DNA from: Eledone cirrhosa
Taxonomy: Eukaryota
DNA length: 64,000 nucleotides
NCBI GenBank assembly: GCA_964016885.1
Contig: OZ024740.1
Span: forward strand, 433,442,001-433,506,000
Direction of reading: 5' to 3'
This document shows positions 1-8,479 of the stretch, piece by piece (within the stretch, counting starts at the first letter, position 1; each line of letters begins with the position of its first letter). The notes under the pieces were generated by a model. It did not search any database and had not been told where the DNA came from. It worked only from the letters and a program-made list of their open reading frames with translations. Position numbers and translations under genes: made by a program.

Positions 1-342
1 GGTGTCTTAGCATCACTCAGCAAGACCTTTGTCAGCCGCTCTCCAGCCATCTATTTAAAACTGTATACAGCTATGGTGCGGCGACACTTAGAATTTGCAT
101 CACCAGTCTGGAACCCCTATCTTGCTCAGAACATTGACCTCCTGGAAACTGTTCAGAGACGTGCAACCAAGAGAATACCCTCCATCAGGCATCTACCATA
201 CTCTGAACACCTCTCTTCCCTGGGCATGGATACATTGAAGCTCCGACATCTGGCAATGGACTTGGTAAACACCCACAAGATTATTAACCATCTTGCCAAC
301 AACAACCCTGAGCACCTTTTTGATTTCAGTGTGTTTCATTAA
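1..342 (+). mobile_element. CR1/L2-group non-LTR retrotransposon, C-terminal fragment of ORF2 (post-RT region), runs off the left edge
   Basis: Frame +1 is open from base 1: GVLASLSKTFVSRSPAIYLKLYTAMVRRHLEFASPVWNPYLAQNIDLLETVQRRATKRIP...LPYSEHLSSLGMDTLKLRH. This matches the typical CR1-group pattern LY.A.VRPHLEY...VW.P......LE.VQRRATK.I....L.YEERL..L.L.TL..RR. Confidence 0.85.
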
Positions 343-516
343 GAATAAGGTAACATAATGGTTGAATGTTCAACAATTTATCTAAGACAATGTATTACTG
401 AGAAACTGTTAAACAAAATTAAATCCTGTTTACTTCAACAAGACATCACTGGCAGTGGGATTAAAATTTTATATTTTAAGCAAATGATAAAGAAATGAAG
501 TTTTAGTAAGCAGCAT

Positions 517-665
517 TCATCATCACTGTTTGATGTCCATTTTCCATGCTAGCATGGGTTAGACGAGTTGTCCCATTGTGAGACAAGTCAGATCAGTTGC
601 CTGTGTCTTACTCATACAGAACTGTTTCTAGCTTGGTTTCTATGGCTCGATGCCCTTCCTAATGC
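517..665 (-). mobile_element. Decayed 3' end of an RTE-type LINE (or a SINE sharing its tail)
   Basis: TCATCATCACTGTTTGATGTCCATTTTCCATGCTAGCATGGGTT and TCTATGGCTCGATGCCCTTCCTAA align by eye with the RTE tail at 1821-1870 and with 1936-1959. Confidence 0.75.
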
Positions 666-787
666 ACACAACACCCCACAAAAGAAGATGGTGTAAGACA
701 AAACAAAGGAGAGATACAAAATAACAAATTAGTCATTGAGAAGGTCACAGACTTTTGACAAACAAATAAACAACCATTATTAAACTA

Positions 788-828
788 TGCACTGAGTAAT
801 TGCTGGCTTTGTGCCAAAAGTAGAAACA
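788..828 (+). mobile_element. Very short 5'-truncated SINE tail insertion with a 12-bp target-site duplication
   Basis: AATTGCTGGCTTTGTGCCAAAAGTAGAAACAATTAT is the near-exact reverse complement of the SINE tail at ~1051-1086. It is flanked by ATTATTAAACTA at 776-787 and 829-840. Confidence 0.65.
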
Positions 829-1025
829 ATTATTAAACTAACCAACTGAAAGTTTATAATAAATTGAAGTGAAACAAAACAGGTGCATGTGTTTTTATTG
901 AAACAGCTGAGCTCACGCTAGATCCTCTACTTTCACTAATATACCCTCTTTGCATCTTACCATGTATTGAGTACTTTTTTGATTTGCGGTCTTCCTGGTC
1001 CCTGTACTGCAGACAATATATATAT

Positions 1026-1280
1026 TGGAAAAATGGACGTAAAAACGATGATAATTGCTTCTACTTTTGGCACAAGGCCAGTAATTTCCCAGTACATTAC
1101 TGGTACTTTATTTTATCGACCCCTGTAAGGATGAAAGGCAAAGTTACCCTCGGCAGGATTTGAACTCAGACCGTAAAGGGACGTAACTATGATGGAAAGC
1201 ATGGCGTCCCACCCTCTACCGATACTGACAATTCACCGCCGTAACATAAAAACGATGACAATAATGAAGACCATGATGAT
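1026..1280 (+). mobile_element. Remnant RTE-type tail (GGAAAAATGGACGTAAAAACGATGAT...GATGAT) interrupted by a SINE
   Basis: Matches the sense-strand tail of the RTE at 1821-1856 (TGGAAGATGGACGTTAAACGATGATGATG). A degenerate (TGA)n continues at 1253-1280, beyond the SINE. Confidence 0.6.
1056..1246 (-). mobile_element. tRNA-derived SINE (Octopus-type, Nin-like central domain), near full length
   Basis: The minus strand reads GGCGGTGAATTGTCAGTATCGGTAGA (degenerate A box), GAGTTCAAATCC (B box, 1156-1167), GCCTTTCATCCTTACAGGGGTCGATAAAATAAAGTACCAG (central domain) and a TGGCCTTGTGCCAAAAGTAGAAGCAATTAT tail. 16-bp TSD TAAAAACGATGA(T/C)AAT at 1040-1055 and 1247-1262. Family name is from recall. Confidence 0.8.
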
Positions 1281-1285
1281 ATAGC

Positions 1286-1821
1286 AAGGCTGTTCTGTGG
1301 AGGGGTGTGGTGTAGTGGTAAGGGTGTTCTGTGGAGGGGTGTGGTGTAGTGGTAAGGCTGTTCTGTGGAGGGGTGTGGTGTAGTGGTAAGGGTGATCTGT
1401 GGAGGGGTGTGGTGTAGTGGTAAGGGTGTTCTGTGGAGGGGTGTGGTGTAGTGGTAAGGGTGTTCTGTGGAGGGGTGTGGTGTAGTGGTAAGGGTGTTCT
1501 GTGGAGGGGTGTGGTGTAGTGGTAAGGGTGTTCTGTGGAGGGGTGTGGTGTAGTGGTAAGGCTGTTCTGTGGAGGGGTGTGGTGTAGTGGTAAGGGTGTT
1601 CTGTGGAGGGGTGTGGTGTAGTGGTAAGGGTGTTCTGTGGAGGGGTGTGGTGTAGTGGTAAGGGTGTTCTGTGGAGGGGTGTGGTGTAGTGGTAAGGGTG
1701 TTCTGTGGAGGGGTGTGGTGTAGTGGTAAGGGTGTTCTGTGGAGGGGTGTGGTGTAGTGGTAAGGGTGTTCTGTGGAGGGGTGTGGTGTAGTGGTAAGGG
1801 TGTTCTGTGGAGGGGTGTGGT
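1286..1821 (+). repeat. 34-bp G/T-rich minisatellite, left arm (~15-16 copies)
   Basis: Unit TGTTCTGTGGAGGGGTGTGGTGTAGTGGTAAGGG, almost invariant (rare AAGGCTG and GATCTG variants). Confidence 0.97.
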
Positions 1822-3487
1822 CATCATCATCATCGTTTAACGTCCATCTTCCACGCTAGCATGGGTTTGGACAGGAATTTTCCCACTTGAGGCAAGATTG
1901 GTTGTCTTGCTCGCATAGGACTGTCTGGCGGGTTATCTACGGTTGGATGCCCTTCCTAACACCAACCACGTTTACAGTGTGGACTGGGAGGTTTTTACTG
2001 TGTTACCTACACGGCTACATTACAGCGTGGACTGTGTGTTTTTTAGTCGTGACACCTACACGACCTCATTTGTTTCGGACTGGATGTTGTGGTACCAACA
2101 TAACTTCACATTTAAGGGGATGGGGTGGGGGTAGTGGGACAGGGGTGTATTTTGTTAGAGGTGCCTACTGACTGTAGGCTTCGCTTTGTACTTAGGCAAG
2201 GCGGGTCTTCTGTATTACTGTGTATCACCAAAGATCTCGGTCCAGTGACATTGTCTTGGAGAGGTGTAAGTGTGTGAGGTCGGAATTTATCAGGTCGTCC
2301 CAGGTTTTTCTGGGTCTGCCTACTCCGTGGCTACCGTCTATTTTTATCGCCCTGCACTTTTTTATACAGCTGTCGTCTTTCATGCGCATCACGTAACCAT
2401 ACCAACGTAGTCTTCTCTCGATTAAACAACATCTGATTCCTCTTATTCCTAATTTCTCCCTTAGTTCATTTATGCTTTGCCGTTCACGTATGTTACTATT
2501 ACACATCCAGCGGAGCATGCAAGCTTCGTTCCTCTCTAGTCTGCGTATATCCTCTGCACACAATGCCCAAGTCTCACTGCCATGTAACATTGCTGTTCGT
2601 ATGCAGGCATCATACAGCCTGCCTTTCATTTATAGAGAGAACCCTTTAGCGGCCAATAGTGGTATAATCTCTCTGAACTTTTTCCATCCCGTTCTGACTC
2701 TAGCTACTGTACTTTCAGAGCACCCTCCCCCACTGCTGATTTTGTCACCCTGGTAACGGAAGGTGTCCACTATTTCTATAGAACCATCTGTGCAATGGAA
2801 TGAGCTAATATTCTGTGGGCACTTGCTGCTACTTATTGCACCTGAGCACCGGCCACATATAAAATCTATATTCTTAGTTAGCTTACCTGTGATCCCACTA
2901 GATCTTTTATGCACCCATACTTTGCATTTGGGACATAAAATGGAATTTCTACCTACTCCTTTCCTACATACTGAGCATGGCCATTTCCCAGATGGGACCA
3001 GAGCCCTATTTTCCTTCCTACAAACTAGAACTTTAGTCTTAGACAGGTTAATTTTAAGGCCTTTTGATTCTAGGCCATGCTTCCATGTTTGGAATTTCTT
3101 CCCTAGTTCAGCCATTGATTCAGCTATGAGCGTTAGATCATCTGCATATAGGAGTTCGCATGGGCAGCCGGTCTTGAACTCCTCCGTTATATCTTGGAGG
3201 GCGATAATAAATAGTAGGGGGCTAAGGACGGAGCCCTGATGAACACCAACTTTTACGCTAAACTCTTCACTATATTCGTTGTTAATTCTAACCTTGCTGA
3301 CTGTTTCTTTATACATGGCTTGTATAGCTCTCACAAGCCATTCAGCAACACCTACTTTTCTAAGAGCCCACCAGATAATCGAGCGAGGTACTCTGTCAAA
3401 GGCTTTCTCCAAGTCAACAAAAGCTAAGTATAAGGGTTTACTTTTAGCTAGGTACTATAGTTGTCGTACAATGAAAAGAGCGTCTGT
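1821..3487 (-). mobile_element. 5'-truncated RTE-clade LINE with a ~370-bp 3' UTR and (TGA)n tail, inserted in the 34-bp minisatellite
   Basis: RT motifs TDALFIVRQL, LAFVDLEKAFDRVPR, GVHQGSVLSPLLF and YADD, plus RTE C-terminal motifs MLHGSETW, RRLRWYGYVMR and GRPRKTW. The tail is CCCATGCTAGCGTGGAAGATGGACGTTAAACGATGATGATGA on the minus strand. No endonuclease domain remains. Confidence 0.93.
2192..3487 (-). pseudogene. Inactivated RTE reverse transcriptase ORF (one reading frame, three in-frame stops)
   Basis: ORF-track entries 2630..3412 and 2225..2629 abut in the same frame (TAA at 2630-2632). A further TGA at 2225-2227 is followed by YTVIQKTRLA* ending at 2192. There is a TAG near 3455 in VRQL*YLAK. 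YADD lies at ~3137-3148. Confidence 0.9.
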
Positions 3488-4664
3488 GTAGTGGTAAGGG
3501 TGTTCTGTGGAGGGGTGTGGTCTAGTGGTAAGGGTGTTCTGTGGAGGGGTGTGGTGTAGTGGTGTGTTCTGTGGAGGTGTGTGTTGTAGTGGTGTGTTCT
3601 GTGGAGGTGTGTGGTGTAGTGGTGTGTTCTGTGGAGGTGTGTGGTGTAGTGGTAAGGGTGTTCTGTGGAGGGGTGTGGTCTAGTGGTAAGGGTGTTCAGT
3701 GGAGGTGTGTGGTGTAGTGGTGTGTTCTGTAGTGGTAAGGGTGTTCTGTGGAGGGGTGTGGCCTAGTGGTAAGGATGTTCTGTGGAGGGGTGGGGGTCTA
3801 GTGGTAAGGGTGTTCTGTGGAGGTGTGTGGTGTAGTGGTAAGGGTGTTCTGTGGAGGGGTGTGGTGTAGTGGTAAGGGTGTTCTGTGGAGGGGTGTGGTG
3901 TAGTGGTAAGGGTGTTCTGTGGAGGTGTGTGGTGTAGTGGTAAGGGTGTTCTGTGGAGGTGTGTGGTGTAGTGGTAAGGGTGTTCTGTGGAGGGATGTGG
4001 TGTAGTGGTAAGGGTGTTCTGTGGAGGTGTGTGGTGTAGTGGTAAGGGTGTTCTGTGGAGGGGTGTGGTGTAGTGGTAAGGGTGTTCTGTGGAGGTGTGT
4101 GGTGTAGTGGTAAGGGTGTTCTGTGGAGGTGTGTGGTGTAGTGGTAAGGGTGTTCTGTGGAGGTGTGTGGTGTAGTGGTAAGGGTGTTCTGTGGAGGTGT
4201 GTGGTCTAGTGGTAAGGGTGTTCTGTGGAGGGATGTGGTGTAGTGGTAAGGGTGTTCTGTGGAGGTGTGTGGTGTAGTGGTAAGGGTGTTCTGTGGAGGT
4301 GTGTGGTCTAGTGGTAAGGGTGTTCTGTGGAGGGATGTGGTGTAGTGGTAAGGGTGTTCTGTGGAGGTGTGTGGTGTAGTGGTAAGGGTGTTCTGTGGAG
4401 GTGTGTGGTCTAGTGGTAAGGGTGTTCTGTGGAGGTGTGTGGTCTAGTGGTAAGGGTGTTCTGTGGAGGTGTGTGGTGTAGTGGTAAGGGTGTTCTGTGG
4501 AGGGATGTGGTGTAGTGGTAAGGGTGTTCTGTGGAGGTGTGTGGTGTAGTGGTAAGGGTGTTCTGTGGAGGTGTGTGGTCTAGTGGTAAGGGTGTTCTGT
4601 GGAGGTGTGTGGTCTAGTGGTAAGGGTGTTCTGTGGAGGTGTGTGGTGTAGTGGTAAGGGTGTT
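3487..4664 (+). repeat. 34-bp minisatellite, right arm (~35 copies, more variable)
   Basis: Same unit with GGAGGTG, GGAGGGATG and GGTCTAG variants. Several shortened units lacking AAGGG occur at ~3560-3730. Confidence 0.97.
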
Positions 4665-4920
4665 GGACTTACGATCATGATGTCGTGGGTTCTATTCCTA
4701 GACTGGGTTGTGTGTTGTGTTCTTGAGCAAAACACTTCAGTTCTTGTTGCTCCAGTATACTCAGCTGAAAATGAGTACCAGCAATAACTAGGGGTTTAAC
4801 CCTGTGATGGACTGGTTTCCTGTCCAAATGGGGGTCTTTTATTCTCAATTGTTTCATGCCACAGAAACCAGGATAAGTACTGACCTGATGAGTCTCTGGG
4901 CTTTAGACAGACTTTAGACT
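4635..4920 (+). mobile_element. tRNA-derived SINE (second family) whose head is the last minisatellite unit
   Basis: A box TGGTGTAGTGG (4644-4654), B box GGTTCTATTCC (4688-4698), then TTGTGTTCTTGAGCAAAACACTT, CCCTGTGATGGACTGG...CCTGTCCA, TTCATGCCACAGAAACC...CCTGATGAG and a (TTTAGAC) short-repeat tail. The layout resembles widespread metazoan SINE2 families; the exact family is not verified. Confidence 0.8.
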
Positions 4921-5497
4921 TGGCACTTGGATGTTTTTAACAGAGTCCACTCAGTTGCAAACATTTAGTATAGCTTTTCTGTGAGAATCATTTATTCCTC
5001 AGCAGTTTTAAAGAGTCCTGTGAAAATGTAATGGTTGTTACCCTTCTGACTAAGACAAAACAACAATATATAAAGAATTGAATAAAGGCTAAAAGGTTAA
5101 AATTCTTTACATTCAGTCTCAAAAACCAACCTAAAATCTAGAAACAAGGGATTATTCAAACGACTTTGGTTTTTTTTTTTCCTTCTGTAAATTTAGTAAA
5201 TTTAACAGAATGAACTCCAAAATGAAAAAGACTAAAAACTTATTTCAGACAGATTACTGAAGCTAACAACAAAGACTCAAATAGGTTGATTTTACTTACT
5301 TTTGCAAAATATTTTTGATTATGAACCCTTTACATGTTGGAAACTGTTCCTTTAGTTGGTTTAACATCTCCTCCTTGTCAATAAATGTCTAGAACAATAA
5401 AAATATATGAAACAATAAGAAACTGAACAGATAATTTCACTTAAAACTTAATATTGAAATGTTGTGCATTCATTGAAAGAAGGGAGATTATTAAATG

Positions 5498-6950
5498 TGC
5501 TGGTGACATGACAAAAGGTACCCAGTCTACACTGTAAAGTGGTCATGCTGGTGTCACGTCGAAAAGTACCCAGTTCACATTGTCAAGTGTTCATGTAGGT
5601 GTCATGAAAAAAGGTACCCAGTCTACACTGTAAAGTGGTCATGTAGGTGTCACAACAAAAAGTACCCAGTCCACACTGTAAAGTGGTCATGCTGGTGTCA
5701 TGACAAAAATTACCCAGTCCACACTGTAAAGTGGTCATGTAGGTGTCACGACAAAAAACACCCAGTCCACACAGCAAAGTGGTCATGTTGGTGTCATGAC
5801 AAAAAGCACACAGTTCACACTGTAAAGTGGTCATGTAGGTGTCATGACAAAAAACACCAAGTTCACACTGTAAAGTGGTTGTGTAGGTGTCACGACAAAA
5901 GGTACCCAGTCTAGCCTGTAAAGTGGTCATGCTGGTGTCACGACAAAAAGTACCAAGTTCACACTGTAAAGTGGTCATGTTAGTGTCATGACAAAAATAC
6001 CCAGTCCACACTGTAATGTGGTCAGGTTGGTGTCACAACAAAAACACCCAGTCCACACTGTAAAGTGGTCAGGTTGGTGTCACGACAAAAACACCCAGTC
6101 CACACTGTAAAGTGGTCAGGTTGGTGTCACAACAAAAAAGACGCAGTCCACACTGTAAAGTGGTCATGTAGGTGTCATGACAAAAAGTACACAGTTCACA
6201 CTGTAAAGTGGTCATGTTAGTGTCACAACAAAAACACCCAGTCCACACTGTAAAGTGGTCATGTTGGTATCACAACAAAAGTACCCAGTCCACACTGTAA
6301 AGTGGTCATGTTAGTGTCACAACAAAAACACCCAGTCCACTCTGTAAAGTGGTCATGTTGGTGTCATGACTGAAAGTACCCAGTCCACACTGTAAAGTGG
6401 TCATGCTGGTGTCATGACAGAAAGTACCCAGTCCACTCTGTAAAGTGGTCATGTTGGTGTCATGACTGAAAGTACCCAGTCCACACTGTAAAGTGGTCAT
6501 GCTGGTGTCACAACAAAAAGTACCCAGTCCACACTGTAAAGTGGTCAGGTTGGTGTCACAACAAAAAGTACCCAGTCCACACTGTAAAGTGTTCATGTTG
6601 GTGTCATGACAGAAAGTACCTAGTTCACACTGTAAAGTGGTCATGTAGGTGTCACAACAAAAAGTACCCAGCACACACTGTAAAGTGGTCATGTTGGTGA
6701 CATGACAAAAAGTACCCAGTCCACTCTGTAAAGTGGTCATGTTGGTGTCATGACAGAAAGTACCCAGTCCACTCTGTAAAGTGGTCATGTTGGTGTCATG
6801 ACAGAAAGTACCCAGTCCACACTGCAAAGTGGTCATGTTGGTGTCATGACAGAAAGTACCCAGTCCACACTGTAAAGTGATCATGTTGGTGACATGACAG
6901 AAAGTACCCAGTCCACTCTGCAAAGTGGTCATGTTAGTGACATAACAGAC
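5498..6950 (+). repeat. 48-bp minisatellite (~30 copies)
   Basis: Unit approx. TACCCAGTCCACACTGTAAAGTGGTCATGTTGGTGTCATGACAGAAAG. The 16-aa periodicity of the minus-strand ORFs confirms 48 bp; some 47-bp units occur at ~5990-6300. Confidence 0.97.
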
Positions 6951-7040
6951 AGGATTAGAATTCAGAAAGTAAAGAACTGGAAGAAATACTAAGAGGCATC
7001 ATGTTAGATGCTCTAACGATTCCTCTGATCTAACCCCCCC
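6950..7040 (-). mobile_element. Decayed SINE head, same family as 1056-1246
   Basis: CAGGATTAGAATTCAGAAAGTAAAG...GCAT...CTCTAACGATT parallels CAGGATTTGAACTCAGACCGTAAAG...GCAT...CTCTACCGATA at 1154-1224. Confidence 0.6.
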
Positions 7041-7049
7041 CCCCCCCCC
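7034..7049. repeat. C16 homopolymer
   Basis: Run of 16 C read directly. Confidence 0.9.
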
Positions 7050-7055
7050 GAAAAG

Positions 7056-7380
7056 TCATCATCATCACTGTTTTATGTATGCTTTTACATTTCAGCATGG
7101 ATTGGATGAGTTCTTTCCAGTACAACATCTCTGCATTCATCTCAGTCCTTCGTCAACCCAGCTGTGAAAATCAGTGTTTTGAGATCAGCTCTCAGCACTT
7201 CTGCCCAAGTCTTCCTTTGTCTCCCTGTACTGCATCTCCCTTCCACTGGTATTTCTTGTAACTTCACCAAAATTTCACACACCATATGCATCACACAACC
7301 ATACCAGAGCAGTCTTCTCCCCTTCACACTACATTTAATGCCTCTTATACCCAGCCCCTTCCTCAGCTCATCCATTCTTT
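7056..7380 (-). mobile_element. Old RTE LINE 3' fragment with a short 3' UTR
   Basis: ORF 7142..7375 (DELRKGLGIRGIKCSVKGRRLLWYGCVMHM...GRQRKTWAEVLRADL) is homologous to the C-terminus of 2225..2629. The (TCA)n tail is at 7056-7067. Confidence 0.85.
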
Positions 7381-7397
7381 AACTTTCACTAAAAGAC

Positions 7398-7456
7398 AAA
7401 GTCAACATTGGTAGAATTTAAACTCAGACCACAATACTACAAGGTCTGCCGCTTTA
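7398..7456 (-). mobile_element. Small SINE fragment (B-box region)
   Basis: AAAGTCAACATTGGTAGAATTTAAACTCAGACC resembles AAAGTTACCCTCGGCAGGATTTGAACTCAGACC at 1140-1172. Confidence 0.5.
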
Positions 7457-8479
7457 ATAGTCCTGTCAATTTGTTGAACAATATACTCAAAATATATCAA
7501 GAACATTAAACAAGACAACAATGTGAAGGAAGTTGGCTTCAGTTGTAACAAGAAAACTAGGTCTGTTGAAGAATTGAGAAATCTTCTTCGCTTACTTATT
7601 CCTGAGAAAGTCATGGGAGAAGAGTCCTTAAAGACTCCTTCCAGTAGGTCCTGTCTGAAGCAACCATTTCCATTTGATCCAGCTTTCGGAATTGAGGAAT
7701 AAATATTAAAATGTTCTCAGACAATTTCTTAAAAGTTGAACTTTTCAACGAATTAAATTATTTTTATGCCTGCATTTAGTTTTTTTTTTGTCAAGCTAAA
7801 ACAAATACAAATGAGAACTGGAATTGAAGACTTTGTGTTTAAATCCCATTTCAATGTTACATTGCGTAACTTTACTGGTCAACTTACAGCTTACTCTTAT
7901 TAAATATTGCTTCTTTAAATATGTCATATCTATTTGTCTCTGTTATTTCCAAAGTTTCAACAACAGTCATTTAAATATTGAAATATGAAATAACGTTCAA
8001 GCAAGAGAGGCCAAATGACAGGAATATAATCAATAAATCAATAAAAGAGATAATTATACTAATTAATGTCAATTGAACTACAGGTTGATTTCTGATACAT
8101 CACATCCCTGTTTGGGTGAAAGACCTAGTTTCTCTCATCTGTTTGGGGTGAAAGACCGAGTTTCTCTCATCTGTTTGAGCTGAAAGACCTAGTTTCTCTC
8201 ATCTGTTTGAGGTGAAAGACCTAGTTTCTCTCATCTGTTTGGGGTGAATGACCTAGTTTCTGTCATCTGTTTGAGGTGAAAGACCTAGTTTCTCTCATCT
8301 GCTTGGGATGAAAGACCTAGTTTCTCTCATCTGTTTGGGGTGAAAGACCTAGTTTCTCTCATCTGTTTGGAGTGAATGACCTAGTTTCTGTCATCTGTTT
8401 GAGGTGAACGACCTAGTTTCTCTCATCTGCTTGGGATGAAAGACCTAGTTTCTCTCATCTGTTTGGGGTGAAAGACCTA

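Noticed and set aside
1216-1833. 205-aa Thr/Pro/His-rich ORF
   Set aside because: It is the translation of the C-rich strand of the 34-bp minisatellite. Its MMMM start is the LINE's (TGA)n tail.
1887-3491. Plus-strand ORFs overlapping the LINE (1887, 1943, 2472, 2763, 3239, 3279)
   Set aside because: Antisense shadows of the RT frame or UTR with no recognisable motifs.
1286-4664. Telomeric repeat
   Set aside because: G-rich and contains TAAGGG, but it is a 34-bp unit, not (TTAGGG)n, and is explained by a SINE head.
4635-4710. Functional tRNA gene
   Set aside because: A and B boxes are present, but I could not form a convincing acceptor stem or cloverleaf, and the sequence continues into a SINE body.
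4855-4900. Hammerhead ribozyme in the SINE tail (GAAAC...CTGATGAG)
   Set aside because: I could not build the three required helices around the motifs; it looks like an ordinary SINE 3' region.
5583-6932. Cys/His-rich 16-aa repeat ORFs (MTTLQCGLGTFCHDTN) as a metal-binding or zinc-finger protein
   Set aside because: They follow from a 48-bp unit divisible by 3. The frame is broken by 47-bp units, spacing fits neither C2H2 nor CxxCH, and the unit matches a LINE UTR motif.
7555-7565. AAACTAGGTCT, an 11-bp match to the reverse-complement satellite monomer
   Set aside because: Too short and isolated to call an inverted orphan monomer; compatible with chance.
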